This document shows positions 14,800-27,100 of a DNA stretch of 64,000 bases, piece after piece. Both the position numbers and the translations under genes were made by a program. The DNA is from Octopus sinensis. Its lineage: Eukaryota. Within the stretch, counting starts at the first letter, position 1; each line of letters opens with the position of its first letter. Where the stretch lies: positions 9,796,001 through 9,860,000 of the forward strand of contig NC_043022.1 in assembly GCF_006345805.1 (NCBI RefSeq), written 5' to 3'. Under the pieces are notes generated by a model. That model saw nothing but the letters and a program-made list of their open reading frames with translations, ran no database searches and was not told the DNA's origin.

Positions 14800-16490
14800 A
14801 ATATAGACGTATCCCTTGGCCATACGTCGACAGAGTTGATATTGATTCTGATTTCTTGCCAAGCTATCTGGGGCGGTATGGGACTAGCAGCATAAATTAC
14901 AATGGGCAACAATTGGTTGAGCATTGCACATTTTATAGAGTTGTCAGCAACATTTTCTTCCAAAATAAAACCCGGCACAAAGTGTCTCGTAGGCATCCTT
15001 TCTCTGAACACTGGTATCACTCACACCTGATACTTGCTTGGAGGTCAAAGTTGACCTCAGCGAAATTTAAACTCAGAGAGTTTAACCGGAACAGATATCG
15101 CAAAGCATTCTATTGGACGCTCGAACAACTGTACCTATTTCTTTACTACCCACAAGGGGCTAAACACAGAAGGGACAAACAAGGACAGACAAACGGATTA
15201 AGTCGATTACATCGACCCCAGTGCGTAACTGGTACTTAATTTATTGACCCCGAAAGGATGAAAGGCGAAGTCGACCTCGGCGGAATTTGAACTTAGAACG
15301 TAACGGCAGACGAAATACCGCTAAGTATTTCGCCCGGCGTGCTAACGTTTCTGACAGCTCGCCGCCTTGTACCAATACACGCACACGCACACACACACAC
15401 AACATAAGAAATGTGCTATTGACCGGTCCTGTCATAGTACCATCTGTATTGCAGATAATTCCTTTGTTGAGTTCAAGATAAGACTTCAATCAAAGATGCA
15501 TTATATGAAACGAACTGCGAAACAGCGGAAAGATGCCAGCAGGACACGACTCCTCGGCAAAGCGACCGAGTTCATTTATCAGGTGCTGGAGGATGCTTTT
15601 ACCGCAAACACACCGGACACAAACGCACTGCACTGATGTGACGTTATGCTTTCAGATACACCATCTCCAGTACCACACTGAAAACTTTTGGGAAGAAACG
15701 GAGCAAGGCATGGGGCTGACTGTTTGAAACGAGATCAAAGAAACTCACATCTGTCAAGCAATTTTATAAGCATTAAGACCCGCGAGAAGCGAAGCTCAGA
15801 AAACAGAAGAAATAGAGCGAAACTGGCTGCTTGATACGAGTTCAAAGACATTAATATTTGTCAAGTAACTCTATACAGCAAGATGCAAACCTCAGAAAGG
15901 AGCCGGAGGCTGTGCAAATGACTACCGGCCACGGTTTTGCAAAGGCATTCAATCATTATTTGACTCTGTGTGACAACCTATTTCTTTACTACCCACAAGG
16001 GGCTAAACATAGAGAGGACAAACAAGGACAGACAAACGGATTAAGTCGATTAATCGACCCCGAAAGGATGAAAGGCAAAGTCGGCCTCAGCGGAATTTGA
16101 ACTCAAAACGTAACGGTAGACGAAATACCTATTTCTTTACTACCCACAAGGGGCTAAACACAGAGGGGACAAACAAGGACAGACAAACGGATTAACCCGG
16201 TTGTATCGAAATTAGTGCGCAACTGGTACTTATTTAATCGAGCCCGAAAGGATGAAAGGCAAAGTCGACCTCGGCGGAATTTGAACTCAGAACGTAGCGG
16301 ATGACGAAATACTGCTAAGCATTTCGCCCGGCTTGCTAACGCTTCTGCCAGCTCGCCGCCTTAACTCTGTGTGACAACCGTGGAATGTAACAAAGAATAA
16401 ATAAAGCCATTGGCATCGCTATGAGGAAGACAGTGCCACTGAAAAGCATAACAGGTGAATGAGATCATCAACGACAATGGCAAACGGATG
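14800..16490 (+). mobile_element. Degenerate RTE-clade LINE (APE and linker), interrupted by SINEs
   Basis: NGQQLVEHCTF...NIFFQNKTRHKVSRRHP..HW (APE); CANDY and KAIG/TAPLKS linker motifs in broken frames. Confidence 0.65.
15979..16363 (-). mobile_element. SINE family A dimer with 16-bp TSD
   Basis: ACTCTGTGTGACAACC at 15963-78 and 16364-79 brackets two tandem units. Confidence 0.85.
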
Positions 16491-16507
16491 GAAAGATGAG
16501 TAAAACA

Positions 16508-16935
16508 CGTGGTGCATTCCAGAAGTTTTGAGACATTTTAGGAGAGACATTTATTAATTTCTTTCACAGTTGTATCCTCTGACTTCAATGCGCTTATTGT
16601 AGCGCAGCAGCTATTTCTTGAATGTTCCATGGAAGTCTTCCAAAATCAAAGTATCCAAGACCCTTGTCTCAGCTTCCATCTTGTCAATGTCTTCAAAGAG
16701 ACTGCCCTTGAGGTTTTCCTGCAGCTCCGGTAACTATCAAAAATATCAGTGAGCAAGATCTGGACTTTTGGGAGGGTCAGGATGGAATTGCGACGAACGG
16801 TATTTAGCTGGAATATCAAAAGTTAGTAAGTCAGCTTATTAGTTGTATAGTAATGATACACTAAAATTACAATAACCGAGGACTGTTATAACTATCACTC
16901 TTTAAAAAGTCTCAAAACTTGTGGAATGCATCTCT
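16508..16935 (-). mobile_element. Internally deleted mariner element
   Basis: TIRs GTGCATTCCAGAAGTTTTGAGAC / GTCTCAAAACTTGTGGAATGCAT; decayed transposase C-terminus (SPDLA..ENLKGSLFED..LEDFHGTF..RYNKRIEV). Confidence 0.75.
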
Positions 16936-17103
16936 TATTCCTTTTGAATACTACGCTGGACGCCATAGAATGTAGACCAGCGACAGACGAACAAGATGCC
17001 GAGCCGACTAATGAAGAACTGTAGGATATGCATCTAGTGTATGGTGTGTATAGCTTTCTGGCAGAGATGTCATTATTGAAAGAGAAAATAGGAATACATA
17101 AGC

Positions 17104-17260
17104 GCAGGCATGGCTGTGTGGTAAGAAGCTTGCTTCTCAACTACCTGGTTCTGGGTTCAGTCCTACTACGTGGCGCCTTGGGAAAGTGTCTTCTCCTATA
17201 GCTTCGGACTGACCAAAGCCTTGTGAGTGGATTTGGTAGAGAGAAACTCAAAGAACCGTC
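17104..17260 (+). mobile_element. SINE family B head; its internal microsatellite hosts the Tx1 array
   Basis: Family B 5' half followed by TTGT/CCGT/ATCT repeats. Confidence 0.75.
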
Positions 17261-17290
17261 TTGTTTGTTTGTTTGTTTGTCCGTCCGTCC

Positions 17291-17573
<283 letters not shown>

Positions 17574-19437
17574 ACTACTGCGGAAGCTGGCGACTCTGAG
17601 GGGCATCCCGCGAGAATTAGGATGCGGGACGAGCGTGTCTGCATACGCGGACGACGTCACCGTCATAGTGTCAAGCCACGAGCACATCGAGCGGGTCGGC
17701 GAGACACTGAAAGACTACGAAGCGGTGACAGGAGCAAAAATCAACCGGGAAAAGTCAGTGGGCTTGCGGCTCGGCACCGGAGAAGCAAGCCCATGCCGTC
17801 CACCAGTACCTCCGTCGTGGGACGCTGGACAGACGGCCCGGTTGAGTTGCTCGGGGTCTGGTTCGGTCCGGACCTCCAAATGGAGAAGAACTGAACGAGA
17901 TAACGAGTAGGGTGGTCACTCTCGCCCAGCAATGGCCGAGAGGAAACTGTCCCTAAAAGGTCGGGCGGAGGTGGTGAACGCGTACATCGCGTCCATCATC
18001 TACTACCGCCTGACCGTCGTACCTTGTCCCGACCCTACCATCACCAAACTAGAACGCATCCTCTTCCGCTTCTTGTGGAAAGGATGCGTCCCGATGGTCA
18101 GGCGATCCATTTGCTGTCAACACCCGTTAAAAAGGAGGGCTGGGCATGCCGTGGTTGATGATGCGCAGACACGCGCTGAGACTGCGACATCTCCGGCTCT
18201 ATGTAGACGACGGTGAACAGGTGTGGTCGCCGTTTGTGAGGCACGCATTCCCGCAACTCGTCTCCATGACCGAACTACAGTCGTGGATCAAAAAGAGGCC
18301 GAAGAAGGGCGAATGGCACCGCGAGTGTCGCGTTGCTCTCAAGCAACTCTGCCGTCCCGGGTCGACCTTGAGTGACTTCAACACAACCAAGCATTCTATA
18401 GGGGATTAGTGGAGGGAGGTACGACGACGAGCTCGGGCAAACCTGGGCGTCGACGAGGAGTACCTGACCCGCCTGTTCGGGACGACTTTCGGGCCAGGGC
18501 CCATGGACAACTTCCAGAGATCCCTGGCCTGGCAGTGCTACCGAGAAGAAGCGCTACCCGTTCGGGATAAGCTCTACAGACACGGCTCGAGAAACCACGG
18601 GGCCGACCTGCCCGAGATGCGGTCAGAGCGACGAACCGTTCTGCACGCACTCGTTCAGTGTCCAACAATTTCCGACCTGTGGGCTTATGTCGAACAACTG
18701 CTGTCACGTGTGGGACGAGTCGGTTTATCAGCTGAGTCTATCGTCAATATTGTCACGCCTCCTTCCTTCAAACGGGAAGGAAGAGCTATTTTCATCATCC
18801 TTGTGGCTATGGCGAAAGAATGTATCTGGTGGACGCGTCTGAAAGGATTGGAGACAAACACTTTCCTCTCTGGTCAATCTCTCATCAACTTCTTCAAGTA
18901 TCACTTGAAGAAAAAAGTGAGAGTAGAGAGGCAAGTTTTGTCTAGTGAATGTTTTAAAAAAAGATGGGTGAATGTAGCAAGGATGGCACGTATGAATGAC
19001 GAAGCCACCTTGACTATGATTCTATGAACCGTAAAAATTAATACAGAGAGTTGCTTATTTGCAAAAAAAAAAAAAAAAAAAAAGAAATATAACATGTGAC
19101 TTCATTGACCGAGGTTACCGTGGTCTTTTCCGTAGGCTTTTCTTTCCACGGGTAAACCTCACCTGTCCTCCCCTTTACACTTCATATTGACATTTCTGTG
19201 ATAACGATCCCTATTGATCAATTTTTTCCTCTCCCCCTTTTTTTTAAACCCCCCCTTTTTTTGTCCTCTTTCTCTCCTTTTACGATCCCTTTTGATCGAC
19301 TCCCCCCTTTTTTTAATTTTATTTTTATTATATTTTTTATTTTTTATTTTTTTTATTTTTTAAACCTTCAAAAGAAAAGCTCTACCTTGTAATTTGTTCT
19401 ATCTGTGTGCAGCCCTGTGCGGCTAATAAAGAAACAT
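17574..19437 (+). mobile_element. Tx1-clade LINE copy 1 (5'-truncated)
   Basis: SAYADD RT motif, CCHC knuckle, 3' UTR ending AATAAAGAAACAT; 15-bp TSD ATCTACCTACCTACC. Confidence 0.9.
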
Positions 19438-19483
19438 ATCTACCTACCTACCTACCTACCTACCTTCCTACCTATCGATCTAC

Positions 19484-19514
<31 letters not shown>

Positions 19515-20556
19515 AGTCATGGATCAAGCAGAGACCGAGGCTAGGCGAATGGCACCGCGAGTGTCGCGTTGCTCTCAAGCAACTCTGCCGTCCGGGATCG
19601 AACTTGTGCGACTCCATCACAACAAAGGCATTCTATAGAGGATTAGTGGAGGGGAGGTGCGACGACGAACTCGGGCAGAGTCTGGGCGTCGACGAGGAAC
19701 ACCTGACCCGCCTGTTCAGGACAACTTTCGGGCCGGGACCTATGAACAATCACCAAAGATCCCTGGCCTGGCAGTGCTATCGAGAAGCATTACCTGTTCG
19801 GGATAAGCTCTAAGACACGGTTCCAGACACACTGGACCGACTTGCCCGAGATGCGGTCAGAGCGACGAAACCGTTCTGCACGCACTCGTGCAATGTCCAA
19901 CCATTTCCGACTTGTGGGCTTATGCCGAACGGCTGCTGTCACGTGTGGGACGAATCCGCCTATCGGCCGAGTCTATCGTGAGAATTGCTCCGCCCCCTTC
20001 CCTCAACCGGGAAGGCAAGGCAGTTTTCATCGTACTGGTGGCCATGGTGAAAGAATGTGTGTGGTGGACTCGAGCGAAAGGATTAGAGACAAACACTACC
20101 TCTCTGGCCAATCGCTCATCAACTTTTTCAAGTACCACTTGAAAAGAAGGTGGTGAGAATGGAGAGGGAAGTTTTGTCTTCGAAAAGATTCAAAAAAAGA
20201 TGGGTGAATGTTGCAAAGATGGTGCGTGCTAGTAACGAAACCATTTTGAGCATGATCCTGTAGATCGTAAAAAAGAAAGAAAGAGAGCATTTTTGACCTC
20301 ATGTGTTTATTTTTCCTCCCTGACTGGGGTTCCCGTGGTCTTTTCTGTAGGCTTTTCTTCCACGGATGAACCCTATCTTGTTATATCAATGTTTAACACC
20401 ATTATTTCTGTGATACACAGATTTTCTTTTTTTTTCCTTTTTTTTCCTCCTTTCGATCCCTTTTGATCGCAATCTTACATTTTTTTTTTTTTTCCACCCT
20501 CGAAAAGAAAAGCTCTGCATTTGTATTCAGCCCTGTGTGGCTAATAAAAGAAAGTT
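19515..20556 (+). mobile_element. Tx1-clade LINE copy 2 (divergent subfamily, 5'-truncated)
   Basis: Homologous C-terminus (QCPTISDLWAY...KGLET) with many substitutions; distinct 3' UTR ending AATAAAAGAAAGTT. Confidence 0.85.
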
Positions 20557-20575
20557 ATCTATCTATCTGTCTATA

Positions 20576-20625
<50 letters not shown>

Positions 20626-20713
20626 CTATAGATCTATCTATTATCTGTCTATCTATCTATCTGTCTATCTATCTATCTATCTATCTAGCTATCTATCTAT
20701 CTATCGATCTATC

Positions 20714-20833
<120 letters not shown>

Positions 20834-20881
20834 GTCTATCTGTCTATCTATCTATCTGTCTATCTATCTATCTGTCTATCT

Positions 20882-23556
20882 CACTGGTAGATGAACAGGG
20901 GCGCGAATTGCTCGAGCCAAGTAAAATGTGTGAGGCCTTTCAGCAGCATTTTGCCCGACTGTTCGGAACAAGTGGAGGGCAAGAACGTAGGGTGGACTTC
21001 AGTGTCTACCTACATAGCCTACCACGACTCTCGACAAGAAAGGCAGGGTGCTGCGAAGGTGCCATCACGGCGGCGGAAGTGCGGGAAGCGATGACAGAAT
21101 GCTCGAGGGACAAAATCACCGGGTTTGGATGGTCTACCCTACGAGCTTTACAATTGTATGCCAGACTTGTTTGGAGATCTCTTGCGGCGGCGTGTACTGC
21201 AACTGGCAGCAAAACGGGAGCATTCCTGGTTTTGTGAGCCGAGGAGCCGTAACACTGCTGAAGAAAGATCTAAACAAGGGAAATGTAATAGATAACTTTA
21301 GGCCCATCACTCTGCTTAATGCAGACTTGAAAATTTTGGCCAAGGTGCTAGCCAAGAGGTTGGCGCTTGTCATCGAGGAAACTGGTCGACAAGGCGCAAA
21401 CATGCGCCGTGCCAGGCCGGACCATCCATGACAACCTCCATCTAATGCGCTAATCATAGACAGGGTAGTTAACGAACCTGGCATGGGTGGGGCCCTGATC
21501 AACTTGGATCAATCGAAAGCCTTTGATAGGGTAGACCATCGATACTTGGAGGCAGTCCTGAGAGCGGCTGGTTTCGGTACCGTCTCTCCGCGGCTGGATA
21601 GCTGCCTTGTACAGAGGCATCCGTTCGGTAATTCGCGTAATGGACATCTATCGAGACCTTTCGACATTGCACGTTCGGCCGCTTCTATACGTATTGACTC
21701 TTGAGCCACTACTGCGGAAGCTGGCGACTCTAAGGGGCATCCCGCGAGAATTGGGATGCGGGACGAGCGTGTCTGCATACGCGGACGACGTCACCGTCAT
21801 AGTGGTCTAGCCACGAGCACATCGAGCTGGTCGGCGGGACACTGAAAAACTACGAAGCGGTGACAGGAGCGAAAATCAACGGGAAAAGTCAGTGGGCTTG
21901 CGACTAGGCACCTGAGAGAAGCAAGCCCATGCCGTCCACCAGCCTCCGTCGTGGGACGCTGGACCGACGGCCGGTTGAGTTGCTCGGGGTCTGGTTTGGT
22001 CCGGACCTCCAAGTGGAGAAGAACTGGAACGAGATAACGAGTAGGGTGGTCACTCTCGCCCGGCAATGGGCCGAGAGAGGAAACTGTCCCTAAAAGGTCG
22101 AGCGGAGGTGGCGAACACGTACATCGCGTCCGTCATCTACTACCGCCTGACCGTCGTACCTTGTCCCGACCCTACCATCACCAAACTACAACGCATCCTC
22201 TTTCGCTTCTTGTGGAAAGGATGCGTCCCGATGGTCAGGCGATCCATTTGCTGTCAACAACCGTTAAAAGGAGGGCTGGGCATGCCGTGGTTGATGATGC
22301 GCAGACACGCGCTGAGACTGCGACATCTCTGGCTCTATGTAGACGACGGTGAACAGGTGTGGTCGCCGTTTGTGAGGCACGCTTTCCCGCAGCTCGTCTC
22401 CATGACCGAACTACAGTCGTGGATCAAAAAGAGGCCGAGGAAGGGCGAATGGCACCGCGAGTGTCGCGTTGCTCTCAAGCAACTCTGCCGTCCTGGGTCG
22501 ACCTTAAGTGACTTCAACACAACCAAAGCATTCTATAGGGGTTTAGTGGAGGGGAGGTACGACGACGAGCTCGGGGCGAACCTGGACGTCGACGAGGAGA
22601 GTACCTGACCCGCCTGTCGGGACGACTTTCGGGCCAGGGCCCATGGACAACTTCCAGAGATCCCTGGCCTGGCAGTGCTACCGAGAAGCGCTACCCGTTC
22701 GGGATAAGCTCTACAGACACGGCTCGAGAAACACGGGGCCGACTGCCGAGATGCGGTCAGAGCGACGAAACCGTTCTGCACGCACTCGTTCAGTGTCCAA
22801 CAATTTCCGACCTGTGGGCTTATGTCGAACAACTGCTGTCACGTGTGGGACGAGTCGGTTTATCAGCTGAGTCTATCGTCAATATTGTCACGCCTCCTTC
22901 TTCAAACGGGAAGGAAGAGCTATTTTCATCATCCTTGTGGCTATGGCGAAAGAATGTATCTGGTGGACGGTCTGAAAGGATTGGAGACAAACATTTCCTC
23001 TCTGGTCAATCTCTCATCAACTTCAAGTACCACTTGAAAAGGAAAGTGAGAGTAGAGAGGCAGTTTTGTCTAGCGAATGTTTTAAAAAAAGATGGGTGAA
23101 TGTAGCAAGAATGGCACGTATGAATGACGAAGCCACTTGAGCATAGTCCTATGAACCCAGAAATCGAAAACAGAGAGTTGCTATTTGCAAAAAAAAAAAA
23201 AAAAATGAAATATAAAATGTGACTTCATTGACCGAGGTTACCGTGGTCTTTTCCGTAGGCTTTTCTTTCCACGGGTAAACCTCACCTGTCCTCCCCTTTA
23301 CACTTCATATTGACATTTCTGTGATAACGATCCCTATTGATCAATTTTTTTTTCCTCTCCCCCTTTTTTTAATTTTTTTTTTTAACCCCCCTTTTTTTTG
23401 TCCTCTTTCTCTCCTTTTACGATCCCTTTTGATCGAACCTCCCCCTTCCTTTTTTTTTCTTTTTTTTTTTTTTTTTTTTTAAACCTTCAAAAGAAAAGCT
23501 CTACCTTGTAATTTGTTCTATCTGTGTGCAGCCCTGTGTGGCTAATAAAGAAACAT
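20882..23556 (+). mobile_element. Tx1-clade LINE copy 3 (5'-truncated)
   Basis: RT motifs NFRPITLLNAD, LDQSKAFDRV, YADD; 16-bp TSD ATCTATCTGTCTATCT. Confidence 0.9.
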
Positions 23557-23619
23557 ATCTATCTGTCTATCTATCTATCTATCTATCTATCTATATCTAT
23601 CTATCTATCTATCTATCTG

Positions 23620-23662
<43 letters not shown>

Positions 23663-23813
23663 GTCTGTCTGTCTATCTGTCTATCTGTCTATCTATCTGT
23701 CTATCTGTCTATCTATCTATCTATCTATCTATCGATCTACCTATCTATCTATCTATCTGTCTATCTGCTATCTATCTATCTATCTGTCTATCTATCTATC
23801 TATCAATCTATCT

Positions 23814-23864
23814 CTTGTAATTTGTTCTATCTGTGTGCAGCCCTGTGTGGCTAATAAAGAAACA

Positions 23865-23865
<1 letters not shown>
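23814..23865 (+). mobile_element. Tx1-clade LINE copy 4 (52-nt 3'-terminal stub)
   Basis: Exactly the last 52 nt of the 3' UTR, flanked by ATCT repeats. Confidence 0.85.
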
Positions 23866-23945
<80 letters not shown>

Positions 23946-24026
23946 GTCTATCTGTCTATCTATCTATCTGTCTATCTATCTATCTATCGATCTACCTATC
24001 TACCTATCTATCTATCTGTCTATCTG

Positions 24027-24061
<35 letters not shown>

Positions 24062-24094
24062 GTCTATCTGTCTATCTATCTATCTGTCTATCTG

Positions 24095-24125
<31 letters not shown>

Positions 24126-24126
<1 letters not shown>

Positions 24127-27100
24127 CTAATTCATTAGAACTATGATCAAGATTGGTTGTGTAAATGCGCGTGGCTTGGGGTCCCCTTGGAAACAAGGGT
24201 ACCTCTTAAATGACATAAAGTCACATAAGTTAGAAATCATAGCCATAAGCGAGACCAGACTCCACAATCCGCGGCCCTAAAGACCATGTTGGCGGACAGT
24301 TCAACATTTATTTTTCCCTGTCTGCCGAGAATGGGCGGTAGTGGCACCGCGGTACTTTTTCACAAGAGTCTGGATCTCAAAGTAAGGACAATTTCTCGTA
24401 GACCCGGAGGGGTAGACTGGTCGTCCTGGATGTCGACGGCAGCAATGGGTGCGCTTTTCGACTCGTATCAGTTTACGCACCGCCCTTAACAGGTCGGGCG
24501 GATTTCTTTCAACGTCTAGAAGTTTTCTTGGGAACGTCTCGTCCTTTACTCTTAGTGGGGGATTGGAATGCTACCTTGGACACGCATGTAGACTACGTGG
24601 GTAGAGATAGGAATAGACGGGGATGCAAATGCCTCAGAGACTGCTCAAACGCTTTCAACTGTCTGACAGGTTCCGACTAGACCACCCGAATGCGCCAACG
24701 TGGACATGGAGCAACCGCATCGGGTCGTCGAGATCGTATCTAGATAGGATACTGTGTAGGACAGTAGATAGAGATAGCATAGGATGTCCACATTTCCACA
24801 TAGTCAGCTACACGGATCACAAACTTGTGACATGTACGCTAGACTTAGGTAAGACACTTAGGCAGGGTCCCGGATACTGGAAACTAAACGCGTCTTTCCC
24901 ATCGAGACAGGTTTCAGAGACCGGATTAGCACACTAGTAAAGAGGGCTTTGACGGGAGCCATCATCATCAACAACAAATGGTGGTTTGCCTCAAGAGAGC
25001 AGTAAAAAGCAGAAGCGATTAGGTACAGCAAAGCACTAGCCATAGATAGAAATAGAGTAGAGGGTGAGCTAGTTAAGAAGCTAGAAGAGGCATTAGAAGC
25101 GGCATCGCATCCGACGTTTTGGCGGCGAGGTTGGCCCTCGACCACAACACTTCAACGCCAAACACGAAGGATGTGCTGTCAGAGCTAGGATGCGTGCTCT
25201 AAGGAACGAAGGTGTTGGAGCGCGAGAGAGGCCCGGGTGGCAGAGGCGCAACAGGGCAACAAAGCCACCATTCGGTCACTGGTAGATGAACAGGGGCGCG
25301 AATTGCTCGAGCCAAATAAAATGTGTGAGGCCTTTCAGCAACATTTTGCCCCGACTGTTCGGAACGAGTGGAGGGCAAGAACGTAGGGTGGACTTCAGTG
25401 CCTACCTACATAGCCTACCACGACTCTCGACAAGAAAGGCAGGGTGCTGCGAAGGTGCCATCACGGCGGCGGCGGAAGTGCGGGAAGCGATGGCAGAATG
25501 CTCGAGGGACAAATCACCGGGTTTGGATGGTCTACCCTACGAGCTTTACAATTGTATGCCAGACTTGTTTGGAGATCTCTTGGCGGCGGTGTACTGCAAC
25601 TGGCAGCAAAACGGGAGCATTCCTGGTTTTGTGAGCCGAGGAGCCGTAACACTGCTGAAGAAAGATCTAAACAAGGGAAATGTAATAGATAACTTTAGGC
25701 CCATCACTCTGCTTAATGCAGACTTGAAAATTTGGCCAAGGTTTAGCCAAGAGGTTGGCGCTTGTCATCGAGAAACTGGTCGACAAGGCGCAAACATGCG
25801 CCGTGCCAGGCCGGACCATCCATGACAACCTCCATCTGATGTGCTACATCATAGACAGGGTAGTTAACGAACCTGGCATGGGTGGGCCCTGATCAACTTG
25901 GATCAATCGAAAGCCTTTGATAGGGTAGACCATCGATACTTGGAGGCAGTCCTGAGAGCGGCTGGTTTCGGTCCCGTCTTCCGCGGCTGGATAGCTGCCT
26001 TGTACAGAGGCATCCGTTCGGTAATCGCGCGTAAATGGACATCTATCGAGACCTTTCGACATTGCACGTTCGGTCCGTCAGGGATGCCCCCTTCGGCGCT
26101 TTATACGTATTGACTCTTGAGCCACTACTGCGGAAGCTGGCGACTCTAAGGGGCATCCCGCGAGAATTGGGATGCGGGACGAGCGTGTCTGCATACGCGG
26201 ACGACGTCACCGTCATAGTGTCAAGCCACGAGCACATCGAGCTGGTCGGTGAGACACTGAAAAACTACGAAGCGGTGACAGGAGCGAAAATCAACCGGGA
26301 AAAGTCAGTGGGCTTGCGACTAGGCACCTGGAGAAGCAAGCCCATGCCGTCCACCAGCGCCTCCGTCGTGGGACGCTGGACCGACGGCCCGGTTGAGTGC
26401 TCGGGGTCTGGTTTGGTCCGGACCTCCAAGTGGAGAAGAACTGGAACGAGATAACGAGTAGGGTGGTCACTCTCGCCCGGCAATGGGCCGAGAGGAAACT
26501 GTCCCTAAAAGGTCGAGCGGAGGTGGCGAACACGTACATCGCGTCCGTCATCTACTACCGCCTGACCGTCGTACCTTGTCCCGACCCTACCATCACCAAA
26601 CTACAACGCATCCTCTTCGCTTCTTGTGGAAAGGATGCGTCCCGATGGTCAGGCGATCCATTTGCTGTCAACACCCGTTAAAAGGAGGGCTGGGCATGCC
26701 GTGGTTGATGATGCGCAGACACGCGCTGAGACTGCGACATCTCTGGCTCTATGTAGACGACGGTGAACAGGTGTGGTCGCCGTTTGTGAGGCACGCTTTC
26801 CCGCAGCTCGTCTCCATGACCGAACTGCAGTCGTGGATCAAAAAGAGGCCGAGAAGGGCGAATGGCACCGCGAGTGTCGCGTTGCTCTCAAGCAATTCTG
26901 CCGTCCTGGGTCGACCTTAAGTGACTTCAAACACAACCAAAGCATTCTATAGGGGTTTAGTGGAGGGGAGGTACGACGACGAGCTCGGGGCGAACCTGGA
27001 CGTCGACGAGGAGTACCTGACCAGCCTGTTCGGGACGACTTTCGGGCCAGGGCCCATGGACAACTTCCAGAGATCCCTGGCCTGGCAGTGCTACCGAGAA

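Noticed and set aside
19062-19083. A-run after the ORF2 stop as a poly(A) tail
   Set aside because: It is internal: about 350 nt of conserved UTR follows in copies 1, 3 and 5.
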